A stretch of DNA of 64,000 nt from NCBI GenBank assembly GCA_029249345.1, contig JAQWHM010000007.1, positions 29,793-93,792 on the forward strand, given 5' to 3'. Origin of the DNA: Rhodothermales bacterium. GTDB taxonomy: Bacteria > Bacteroidota > Rhodothermia > Rhodothermales > UBA10348. Position numbers and translations under genes: made by a program. The notes beneath the pieces were generated by a model that did no database searches, was not told the DNA's origin, and saw nothing but the letters and a program-made list of their open reading frames with translations. Shown here in pieces: positions 56,501 to 64,000 of the stretch (within the stretch, counting starts at the first letter, position 1; each line of letters begins with the position of its first letter).

Positions 56501-58086
56501 GTGGATTGTTGGCCATATCGTTGATTGTCGCGGTATCATTTTCCGTGTGGAGGATGGTTCGTCGCACCCGGTTTTTCCTGCATTCCTTTCAGCTCCACGG
56601 ATATGCGAGCAGACCATTCGGGGCTTGGCTTCGAGGACAACTCAGCGATTCTGTCATACGAGTAAGCCACGCACTGGGCCTACTCCTCATTTTGTTGAGC
56701 ATATGGACATCCGCACCAAACTGGCTCCTGTTTTTACTTTGGGCAGGTACCTTCACATCCTCGCGACGTTATCGCCGCGATCGGCCTAAGAAACCACTGG
56801 CTTGGACGGCTCGAATGAAGCGACTCGGGGCAATAACCGGAGCATGCTTGGTGGGATTCATCTCTCTGCCTTCATTGGTTTCCTTCTCAGCAACGACTCA
56901 ATTGCTTTTAGGCCTCTGGCTTGGAGATCTACTCTCCCCCATAGCGGTCTGGCTGGCCGCTCAGCTAGCGTCCCCCGTAGAAAAACGGATTCGTGAGGGG
57001 TTCAAAAAACAAGCCCGGTCCCGGATAGCTGTTCGGCCGGACTTGGAAGTAATAGCCATTACAGGATCGTATGGAAAGACGTCTGTAAAATTCGCTATTC
57101 GGGAGATTTTATCTCAGCGCTACCCAACGCTGGCGACACCTGGTTCGTTTAACACGCCGATGGGAATATGTCGAGTGGTAAACAACAACCTGACAGATGA
57201 GCATCGGTTTGCCGTCCTTGAGATGGGCATGCGGCATCCAGGAGATATTGCTGAGCTATGCGAGATCGTCTCGCCTAATATTGCGGTGATCACTTCCGTA
57301 GGAGTGGCTCACATGGAATCAATGGGAAGTATCGAAGCTATCGCTGCAGAAAAAGGCTCCCTGTTAACCTATTTAGCCTCAGACGGTGTGGCCATCTTAA
57401 ATGGTGACGATGACCGCGTCCTGAACATGCAGAGAGGGATGAGCCAAAAGGTTATCACTGTTTCTGCCTCTGGAAGATCCGCCGATTTCAGAGCTGTCGA
57501 TATCCGCTACGATACAAACGGCGCCCAATTTGACGTCTTCTGGAAGGACGAACGGATCCCATTTACGACCCGCCTTCTGGGTAGCCACAATGTCCTCAAT
57601 ATCCTGATGGCCATTGCTGTGGGGCATGTCGCAGACCTTAGTTTACGTCAAATGAGCCACGCCATCGCGCGCCTTGAGCCCGTAGAACACCGACTAGAAA
57701 TCAAAGAACGTGGGGGCCTCATCGTAATTGACGACGCGTTTAATTCAAACCCTGTCGGAGCGGCTGGCGCCGTAGAAGTACTCGGAAAGTTCGAAGGCAG
57801 GCGCGTTATTGTGACGCCTGGTATGATCGAATTGGGAGCAGAAGAACATGCTTTAAATCGTGCGTTTGGCGGACAAATTGCTTCAAATGTAGACGATGCT
57901 GTCTTGGTGGGACCCGAAAGAACACGTCCGATTGCCGAAGGTCTGATTTCAGCTGGTTTTCCGGAAAGCCGCATTCACGTGGTCAAGTCTCTGTTTGATG
58001 CGCAGGATTGGGTTGCATCCAACCTTGCACATGGAGATGTAGTGCTTTTCGAAAATGACCTACCTGACCAATTCAACGAATCGTGA
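56497..58086 (+). CDS. Mur ligase family protein (MurF-like central and C-terminal domains) with a polytopic N-terminal membrane region
   Basis: About 160 N-terminal residues form 4-5 hydrophobic helices. Then P-loop ITGSYGKTS, LEMGMRHPGDI, NGDD, DDAFNSNP and the C-terminal domain as in MurF. The start overlaps the hydrolase stop (ATGA). Confidence 0.7.
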   Translation: MSGLLAISLIVAVSFSVWRMVRRTRFFLHSFQLHGYASRPFGAWLRGQLSDSVIRVSHALGLLLILLSIWTSAPNWLLFLLWAGTFTSSRRYRRDRPKKPLAWTARMKRLGAITGACLVGFISLPSLVSFSATTQLLLGLWLGDLLSPIAVWLAAQLASPVEKRIREGFKKQARSRIAVRPDLEVIAITGSYGKTSVKFAIREILSQRYPTLATPGSFNTPMGICRVVNNNLTDEHRFAVLEMGMRHPGDIAELCEIVSPNIAVITSVGVAHMESMGSIEAIAAEKGSLLTYLASDGVAILNGDDDRVLNMQRGMSQKVITVSASGRSADFRAVDIRYDTNGAQFDVFWKDERIPFTTRLLGSHNVLNILMAIAVGHVADLSLRQMSHAIARLEPVEHRLEIKERGGLIVIDDAFNSNPVGAAGAVEVLGKFEGRRVIVTPGMIELGAEEHALNRAFGGQIASNVDDAVLVGPERTRPIAEGLISAGFPESRIHVVKSLFDAQDWVASNLAHGDVVLFENDLPDQFNES

Positions 58087-58721
58087 CCATCCCTCCCCAA
58101 ATAGCCCTGTTTCAGGATCCTGATGATAAGGACGATCTCTTTTTTGAAAGGGAATATTGGAATGCCGGTCACTTAGTAGCGGGCGTTGACGAAGCGGGTC
58201 GTGGATGCCTTGCCGGCCCCGTAGTCGCTGCCGCGGTGGTCCTACCCGAAAACGTGCGTATTGAAGGAGTGACCGATAGCAAAGTACTTTCAGCACTAAA
58301 ACGCCAAAAGCTAGCAAAGCAAATTAAAGCTACCGCGCTGTCCTGGTCTATTGGGTCCTGCAACCCTAAGGAGATTGATCAATTGAACATTCTCTGGGCT
58401 TCCATGGAGGCTATGCGACGGGCTATTGAGGCACTGGATATGGGTCCAGGTTTTGTACTCATTGACGGTAATACATCTATTCCAGGATTATCTATTCCGT
58501 CCAAGCCTATCATCAAAGGGGATTCTAAATCGCACACCATTGCAGCTGCGTCCATTCTAGCTAAAACCCATCGCGATGACCTCATGAACAGCTATCACCA
58601 AACCTATCCGACGTATAGCTGGAACACTAATGCAGGGTATCCCACGGCCGCACACTATGAGGCTATCCGACTACACGGAGTAACCGATCTTCATCGATCC
58701 AGTTTTAAACTATACCGATAG
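58083..58721 (+). CDS. rnhB: ribonuclease HII
   Basis: GVDEAGRGCLAGPVV, DSKVLS and ASILAK motifs. GTG start overlapping the upstream stop. Confidence 0.9.
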   Translation: MTIPPQIALFQDPDDKDDLFFEREYWNAGHLVAGVDEAGRGCLAGPVVAAAVVLPENVRIEGVTDSKVLSALKRQKLAKQIKATALSWSIGSCNPKEIDQLNILWASMEAMRRAIEALDMGPGFVLIDGNTSIPGLSIPSKPIIKGDSKSHTIAAASILAKTHRDDLMNSYHQTYPTYSWNTNAGYPTAAHYEAIRLHGVTDLHRSSFKLYR

Positions 58722-58726
58722 TCTAC

Positions 58727-59758
58727 TTGGCACGTACTCCCTACATATCCATTTTGATCGTTTCGTGGAACGCGCTCGAAACCGTGAAAAAGTGTCTTCC
58801 AAGCATCGTAGCAACTCAGTACGATTCGTTTGAAATCCTCTTTGTCGACAATGCATCAGAGGACGGTAGCGCGCAATGGGTCGAGGATACCTTCCCAAGC
58901 GTCCGCATTGTTCGACACCCCGAAAACTGGGCCTTTTGTCGTGGAAACAATGAGGCTGTTGCACATGCTAAGGGCGAAGTGCTCGTCATCCTAAACAATG
59001 ATGTGGAAGTCCCTCCCGACTGGCTAACTCCGCTAGCCCATACCTTTAAGACCGACTCTTCTGTGGGAGCGGCGCAACCCAAACTACATCAGTTTGATGA
59101 CCGCTCCATGTTTGAGTACGCCGGTGCGGCAGGGGGTTTCTTAGACCGAGATGGCTATCCCTTTACGCGAGGTCGCTTGTTTGAGACCATGGAGATAGAT
59201 CAGGGACAATATGATCAGGATACCGATATTTTCTGGGCCAGTGGGACCTGTTTAGCCATTAGAAAAGACGTGTTTGAATCGCTAGGTGGATTCGAAGAGT
59301 CCTTCTTCATGCACATGGAAGAGATCGACTTATGCTGGCGTCTTCGGTCTCGAGGATGGCGCATTGTACTTGTCCCAGGCAGCGTAATCTACCACCTCGG
59401 CGGTGCCTCTTTGGCAAAGGGAAACCAGCGAAAAACGTATCTTAACTTCCGAAACAACCTGTTGATGCTCTATCGGAATCTCCCTCCCGCCGAGTGGAAT
59501 AGCGTTTTTTTGCGCCGAGTTTTGTTGGACGGTATTGCCATGCTGCGCGCGCTCATTTTACTTCGACCGAGTGAATCATGGGCTATACTTCGGGCCTACG
59601 CAGATGCACACAAAATGAAGTCAGCTCACAAGGATGTCCGTCCTCTTCCCGGAAAATCGGCGGCTCTTCCCTATCGACGGTCTATTGTCGTGGACCATTT
59701 TATCCGGGGTGTTAAAAAGTTTAGTGACCTCTCAAAGGATGCATTCCACGACTTGTAG
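58727..59758 (+). CDS. family 2 glycosyltransferase
   Basis: ISILIVSWN, VDNASEDGS, NNDVEV (DxD-like region), and EEIDLCWRLRSRGW typical of rhamnosyl/GT2 enzymes. TTG start. Confidence 0.85.
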   Translation: MARTPYISILIVSWNALETVKKCLPSIVATQYDSFEILFVDNASEDGSAQWVEDTFPSVRIVRHPENWAFCRGNNEAVAHAKGEVLVILNNDVEVPPDWLTPLAHTFKTDSSVGAAQPKLHQFDDRSMFEYAGAAGGFLDRDGYPFTRGRLFETMEIDQGQYDQDTDIFWASGTCLAIRKDVFESLGGFEESFFMHMEEIDLCWRLRSRGWRIVLVPGSVIYHLGGASLAKGNQRKTYLNFRNNLLMLYRNLPPAEWNSVFLRRVLLDGIAMLRALILLRPSESWAILRAYADAHKMKSAHKDVRPLPGKSAALPYRRSIVVDHFIRGVKKFSDLSKDAFHDL

Positions 59759-59780
59759 GTCGCCTCTCCAAAAGTCCCAG

Positions 59781-60692
59781 TCATTTCCTTGGAAAAAGAG
59801 CTAGCGAGACCGATAGCAAGATAACGGCCATCGCTCCAATTCCGAGTAGCGTAGGTACTTCCGAGAAGAACACGAACGCCAACAAGGAAGCCCCAATCGG
59901 CTCGAATAAACTCGCTAGGCCGATGGTAGCAGCTGGGAAATAGCGTACCACGAAATTAAGAGCTCCATGACCCATTAATTGGGGAACGACGGCCATGGCC
60001 ATACAAAGCGCGTAAACTTCCCAATCAAAACCCAATAAGGGGACATCGCGCATCCAGGCAACCACAAACGTAGTCATAGCCGTGACGACATAAAGCGGAG
60101 CCACATAAGCCAACCAGGATCGACTTTGACGTATTACCCTTCCAATTAGGAGGTAGACGGTAACTAGCAACGCTGCTGATAATGCAAACGTGTTACCCAG
60201 TAAGGGGTTGGAGCCAGCATGCTCGTGCGCATTCATGTCCGAGTACCCCAGTAAAATGGTCCCAAGCGTTGCAATGATGATGGCCCACACTTCCGCTCGG
60301 GTAGGCCTTTCATTTAGAAATAGAAGACCCGCTAGCGCCAGGAAAATGGGACTTAGGGATACTAAGACGGAAGCGCTTGCCACCGAGGTGAAATACAGCG
60401 AACTAATCCACGTCACAAAGTGCAGCCCTAAAAAAATGCCTGCAATGGTGATGAGGATTCCTTCTCGCATCGTGAAAGATGCGATCTCTTTTCGGGACTT
60501 AAAGACGGCAAAAGGTGCCAGCATGGCGGCCGCAAACAGCGTTCGCCACACTGCAAGGGTTTCTCCAGGCGCCTCTGAGGCCCACCGAATAAGAATGGCG
60601 CTAACAGAAATACTGAGCAGTCCAGCGACAAGGACTACATAAACATATCCCGGACGATGCTCCCTCTCTTGCGGCCGTTTGCGCGAAGACAT
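59781..60692 (-). CDS. EamA/DMT family transporter
   Basis: 303 aa with 10 predicted TM helices in two EamA-like halves. Confidence 0.8.
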   Translation of the reverse strand: MSSRKRPQEREHRPGYVYVVLVAGLLSISVSAILIRWASEAPGETLAVWRTLFAAAMLAPFAVFKSRKEIASFTMREGILITIAGIFLGLHFVTWISSLYFTSVASASVLVSLSPIFLALAGLLFLNERPTRAEVWAIIIATLGTILLGYSDMNAHEHAGSNPLLGNTFALSAALLVTVYLLIGRVIRQSRSWLAYVAPLYVVTAMTTFVVAWMRDVPLLGFDWEVYALCMAMAVVPQLMGHGALNFVVRYFPAATIGLASLFEPIGASLLAFVFFSEVPTLLGIGAMAVILLSVSLALFPRK

Positions 60693-61117
60693 TATCGCAA
60701 CCGATCCATGGACCGGATGAGTGAAATATCTTTATCAATTCCACGGCGAGCCATCAAGAACATGAGATACGCCATAATAGGACTTACAAGAGCGGCCCAA
60801 TGCGAAAAGGCCGCATCAGACATTGATATGCCCGGTAAAGTACCTGCCGTGTAGTTAGCAGCGATTAGTATGATTAATCCAACCAGGGTCAAAATCTGCA
60901 AAATCACTACCAAACTCCGTTGCCGCTTTCTATCCTTGTACAGGAAGATCGTACCTAAGGCACCGATTCCGGCAAGGGTAAAGAGCGCTAGAACCGTGGG
61001 CGACAACCAAGCATAAGCATCCGTCGAAGCCCACGGATATACAGAGCTGTACAGATATTGAAATCCCAACAGAGCTGCTGCTAAGGCCAAATAAACAGAC
61101 TGAATACGCTGAATCAT
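60692..61117 (-). CDS. DUF4293-like small membrane protein
   Basis: 141 aa with 4 TM helices and N-terminal MIQRIQSVYLALAA, as in DUF4293 proteins of Bacteroidota. Confidence 0.55.
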   Translation of the reverse strand: MIQRIQSVYLALAAALLGFQYLYSSVYPWASTDAYAWLSPTVLALFTLAGIGALGTIFLYKDRKRQRSLVVILQILTLVGLIILIAANYTAGTLPGISMSDAAFSHWAALVSPIMAYLMFLMARRGIDKDISLIRSMDRLR

Positions 61118-61124
61118 GTTGCTT

Positions 61125-62144
61125 CTAATTTAGGAGGGCCTTTACACGAGTGGCAAGTTGCGTCGCGAACTCGTCCGTACTTGTCGTTCCACCCTGATCA
61201 CCGGTCAAGTAGATTCCTTCGGTGTAAATATCGACTAGTGCGTCATGTAATGCATCAGCCGCTTTGGATTCTCCAAGGTGACGCAACATCATCTCTGCAG
61301 AACGAATAAGCGCAGTAGGGTTGGCTTTGTTCTGGCCCGCAATATCTGGTGCGCTTCCATGGACGGCTTCGAATACTGCATAATCATCGCCAATATTAGC
61401 GCCAGCTACAACACCCAAACCACCCACCAAGCCCGCTGCCAGGTCACTTAGAATATCTCCAAAGAGATTGGTGGTGACAATGCAATTGTAATCCTGCGGC
61501 CGAACCACCAACTGCATACACATGTTGTCGATAATCCGATCATTAAACTGAAGCTCGGGATATTGAACCGCACGATCTTGGGCAAGTCGAAGAAACATGC
61601 CCGAGGTCAGCTTTAAAATATTCGCTTTATGAACGACGGTAACCTTGTCATATCCGTGAGTTCGGGAGTACTCAAAGCAGAAATTAATAATACGCTGAGA
61701 TCCTGCTTTCGAGATTCGGGCAATCGAATCCGCAATATCATGGCGCTCATCGTAAGACTCCAGACCGGAATAAAGGCCTTCTGTGTTTTCACGGAAGATC
61801 ATAAGATCTACGTCCTTGAAAGCGGACTTAATTCCAGGGAGCGTCTTGCAAGGACGGACATTCGCGTACAGATCTAGCTTTTGACGAAGTGTCACGTTAA
61901 CAGACTTAAAGCCCTTACCAACAGGGGTCGTAACCGGACCTTTCAATGCGATGCGTGTCGACCGAATGGAATCAATGACATGCTCAGGAAGAGGGACGCC
62001 ATATTTTTCAACAGCGGCCGCTCCCAAATTTTCGTGCCTCACCCAATCAAATTCAAGACCGGTTGCCTCAAGAACGCGAACGGTGGCTTTAGTGACTTCA
62101 GGACCAATGCCGTCACCGGGAAGAAGTGTGATACGATAGGACAT
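61125..62144 (-). CDS. isocitrate/isopropylmalate dehydrogenase family enzyme, probably NAD-dependent isocitrate dehydrogenase
   Basis: From the ATG at 62144: MSYRITLLPGDGIGPEV, RENTEGLYSG, NLFGDILSDLAAGLVGGLG. About 339 aa, like IDH3/homoisocitrate dehydrogenases. Substrate not resolvable by eye. Confidence 0.75.
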   Translation of the reverse strand: MSYRITLLPGDGIGPEVTKATVRVLEATGLEFDWVRHENLGAAAVEKYGVPLPEHVIDSIRSTRIALKGPVTTPVGKGFKSVNVTLRQKLDLYANVRPCKTLPGIKSAFKDVDLMIFRENTEGLYSGLESYDERHDIADSIARISKAGSQRIINFCFEYSRTHGYDKVTVVHKANILKLTSGMFLRLAQDRAVQYPELQFNDRIIDNMCMQLVVRPQDYNCIVTTNLFGDILSDLAAGLVGGLGVVAGANIGDDYAVFEAVHGSAPDIAGQNKANPTALIRSAEMMLRHLGESKAADALHDALVDIYTEGIYLTGDQGGTTSTDEFATQLATRVKALLN

Positions 62145-62205
62145 GTAAAACGGAATATTGAGTGTTGAACCGAGGCTAATCTTAAAGGTAAGGGGCCAAA
62201 ACACG

Positions 62206-62234
62206 AAAAGGGCGCCGCATAAGCGGCGCCCTTT
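62206..62234 (-). terminator. intrinsic terminator ending the exbB-exbD transcription unit
   Basis: GC-rich 9-bp core stem GGGCGCCGC/GCGGCGCCC (extendable to 12 bp), loop of 4 nt, followed on the minus strand by TTTT. Confidence 0.65.
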
Positions 62235-62293
62235 CGATTTCGACTAACTTTCGCGATCACATTTCATATAAGAAATGGATCAGCTCTGATAAA

Positions 62294-62310
62294 CGGTCTG
62301 TCGCAGACCG
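62294..62310 (-). terminator. short hairpin directly after exbD (possible first terminator)
   Basis: CGGTCTG-TCG-CAGACCG, followed on the minus strand by TTTAT. The weak U-tract keeps confidence low. Confidence 0.35.
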
Positions 62311-62332
62311 AAATCAGACGAGCAAAACGACA

Positions 62333-62785
62333 TCAGGAGGGAATTTCTCTTTTGGAAGAGTAATTAATCCTGAGCGTGCCTGCTTCTCGCAATTCCTGCT
62401 GAACATCCAAAACCATCCCCATTTCAGAGGTTGTATCCACTTTCAGGGATACAATCAGTTTCGGCTGCTCAACGAGCTTGCGGTACATGATCGTTCGTAC
62501 GTTACCAACGTCCTCTACAAGGGCGTCGTCGATTTGAACACCTGTCTCTCCAATCCGATTGCCATCCAGTTTTCTGGGGCCAATGTAGATGTAAGAGACG
62601 AGTCGTTTCTGGTCGATTTTAGTAAGCGCTTCAGCGGAAGGCAACTGCGTCCGAACTTGGACTGTTGTCTCACGAAGCACTGTACTGACCATGAAGAAGA
62701 TCAACAACATGAAGATAATGTCCGGCAGCGAAGCTGTCGGGATATCTTCCTTCGTTTTCATTTTCTTCTGAAAGTGACCTGCCAT
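62333..62785 (-). CDS. exbD: ExbD/TolR family biopolymer transport protein
   Basis: 150 aa with N-terminal TM LPDIIFMLLIFFMVST and a periplasmic domain. Confidence 0.85.
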   Translation of the reverse strand: MAGHFQKKMKTKEDIPTASLPDIIFMLLIFFMVSTVLRETTVQVRTQLPSAEALTKIDQKRLVSYIYIGPRKLDGNRIGETGVQIDDALVEDVGNVRTIMYRKLVEQPKLIVSLKVDTTSEMGMVLDVQQELREAGTLRINYSSKREIPS

Positions 62786-62819
62786 GGGTGATCTCAGTTT
62801 ACAGATTCATAAAAGTTGA

Positions 62820-63377
62820 TCAAGCGGCATCAGGCTCTGCAATCGAAATTGCTGCCTTGATGCGATCCTTGATTTCGTTTTCGCTGTCATTGGCGTCAAT
62901 GACCGCGAGGTACGCCTTATAGTCAGGGTAACCAAGTTTGCGAGCTTCGTTATCCCACATTTCGTAATAAGCCATCCAGACTTCATCTAGTACCGATACG
63001 TAAGCATCGTACGGAGTCTCTCTAGCTGTTTTAATCGAAACGAGGGCTTTCGTTGCCGCCTCAGCGTAACGGGGATCTGCTCCCTCATTCATTACGTGAG
63101 TAACTACTTCCTGACGAATCAACTGAACAGCAGAAGGTTGGTCTTCAACAAGAACCATTCCCTGCTCATTCACCAGAATCTTGAGCACATTGCGCTCTTT
63201 GATCGGCGGGGGTTCAACATCGTCTTCAAGTTTCGGTGGTAAAACCATACCGATACCTGTGTCGACGTCAATCGTCGTTGTAACGAGAAAGAAGATCAAC
63301 AACAGGAACGCGATATCCGCCATCGATGATGTCGGAATCTCTGCTTCTCTGCGTCCTTTCTTTTTCAATAGAGCCAT
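62820..63377 (-). CDS. exbD: ExbD/TolR family protein (long form)
   Basis: 185 aa with MADIAFLLLIFFLVTT and an extended C-terminal domain. Confidence 0.8.
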   Translation of the reverse strand: MALLKKKGRREAEIPTSSMADIAFLLLIFFLVTTTIDVDTGIGMVLPPKLEDDVEPPPIKERNVLKILVNEQGMVLVEDQPSAVQLIRQEVVTHVMNEGADPRYAEAATKALVSIKTARETPYDAYVSVLDEVWMAYYEMWDNEARKLGYPDYKAYLAVIDANDSENEIKDRIKAAISIAEPDAA

Positions 63378-63404
63378 CTTAATTCCTCTTTGCTAAAGTC
63401 CGAT

Positions 63405-63680
63405 CTAAAATCCAATCAGTCCTTTTAGACCTGATAACAGCAGTACTGCTGATGTCAATGCCAAAGAAATCAGGAAGGCCAGTATAGCCGCGTAAGCCCA
63501 GTCTCCCAGCACGAGTCCAAGTACTGCAAGCAGCGCCATAGGAATCATGGTGAGAACAATGGTGAGCGGGTTCACTTTCCCCTGAATGAGCGAGCGAATG
63601 CCAAAAATGCCAATCGCAAGAAGACTCATTCCGGATACAATGATCACGGCCCAGACGGCGTAGGGTACAATTCCAGCCAT
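63405..63680 (-). CDS. small membrane protein of unknown function
   Basis: 91 aa, almost entirely 3 hydrophobic helices. It lies between exbB and the exbD pair. Confidence 0.45.
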   Translation of the reverse strand: MAGIVPYAVWAVIIVSGMSLLAIGIFGIRSLIQGKVNPLTIVLTMIPMALLAVLGLVLGDWAYAAILAFLISLALTSAVLLLSGLKGLIGF

Positions 63681-63738
63681 TTCAATTCAGGTTTCTGTGT
63701 CAATACCGGGAAAACCCAGGTATCAACGGGTCTCAGAT

Positions 63739-64000
63739 TTAGTCCTGACCAGGGCTTCCGGCCTGCAGGAGTACCAGCGAATCGATTAACTCGATTGCGG
63801 CTTCTTCCATGTCAATCACAATACGGTCAATTTTAGACGTGATGTAATTGTAGAAGAACTGCAGAATGATAGCAGTGATCAAACCAAAAACGGTCGTAAG
63901 AAGAGCCACTTTGATACCACCAGCCACAAGGCTCGGGGAGATATCACCAGCAGACTCAATGGCATCGAACGCCTCAACCATCCCAACAACCGTTCCGAGG
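63739..64000 (-). CDS. exbB: MotA/TolQ/ExbB proton-channel protein, 3' part; the gene continues past the right edge
   Basis: ...LGTVVGMVEAFDAI...GIKVALLTTVFGLITAI is the conserved ExbB/TolQ C-terminal TM region. The frame stays open upstream of the track's Met up to position 64000. Confidence 0.8.
   Translation of the reverse strand, partial: LGTVVGMVEAFDAIESAGDISPSLVAGGIKVALLTTVFGLITAIILQFFYNYITSKIDRIVIDMEEAAIELIDSLVLLQAGSPGQD

Noticed and set aside
1-64000. Search for CRISPR arrays, IS elements, integrases, prophage or toxin-antitoxin pairs
   Set aside because: I saw no regularly spaced direct repeats, no transposase/integrase/recombinase-like ORFs, and no small paired ORFs with toxin-antitoxin features. 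A whole-window repeat search by computer (self dot-plot) would be needed to exclude dispersed repeats I cannot detect by eye.

Overview
This 64-kb window looks like core chromosome from a Bacteroidota-related (FCB-group) bacterium. That placement is an inference from three things: the type IX secretion genes porU/porV, a TAnnTTTG-type -7 box in front of a tRNA, and the overall gene content. The window is densely coding, with about 58 protein genes, one tRNA-Arg(CCG), a few intrinsic terminators, and no CRISPR array, transposase, integrase or prophage genes that I can see. Recognisable blocks are listed below.
- A tight GNAT / GHL10 / amidase / AmpG muropeptide-salvage operon (3.3-9.6 kb).
- A complete eukaryote-type kynurenine pathway cluster with both the NAD branch and the 2-aminomuconate branch (15.4-23.5 kb).
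- A housekeeping run: hpt, tilS, mutL, cdsA.
- An atypical sigma factor next to a CPBP protease.
- porU-porV followed by four co-directional, partly translationally coupled envelope genes (32.7-46.2 kb).
- A sensor histidine-kinase-like gene interrupted by one in-frame TAA and lacking any ATPase domain, immediately upstream of porU.
- nadA, arsC, glyQS, radC and a short rho.
- An alpha/beta-hydrolase / membrane-anchored MurF-like ligase / rnhB / GT2 operon.
- An exbB-exbD-exbD cluster at the right edge.
The most interesting candidate for undescribed biology is the porU/porV-linked module. It contains an Omp85-like barrel fused to an MA-peptidase domain and PD40 propeller repeats. It also contains a T9SS-CTD cargo protein that looks like an M6 (InhA-like) peptidase whose HEXXH has been replaced. 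All functional calls rest on motif recognition by eye, with no database search or HMM run, and start codons are approximate where noted.
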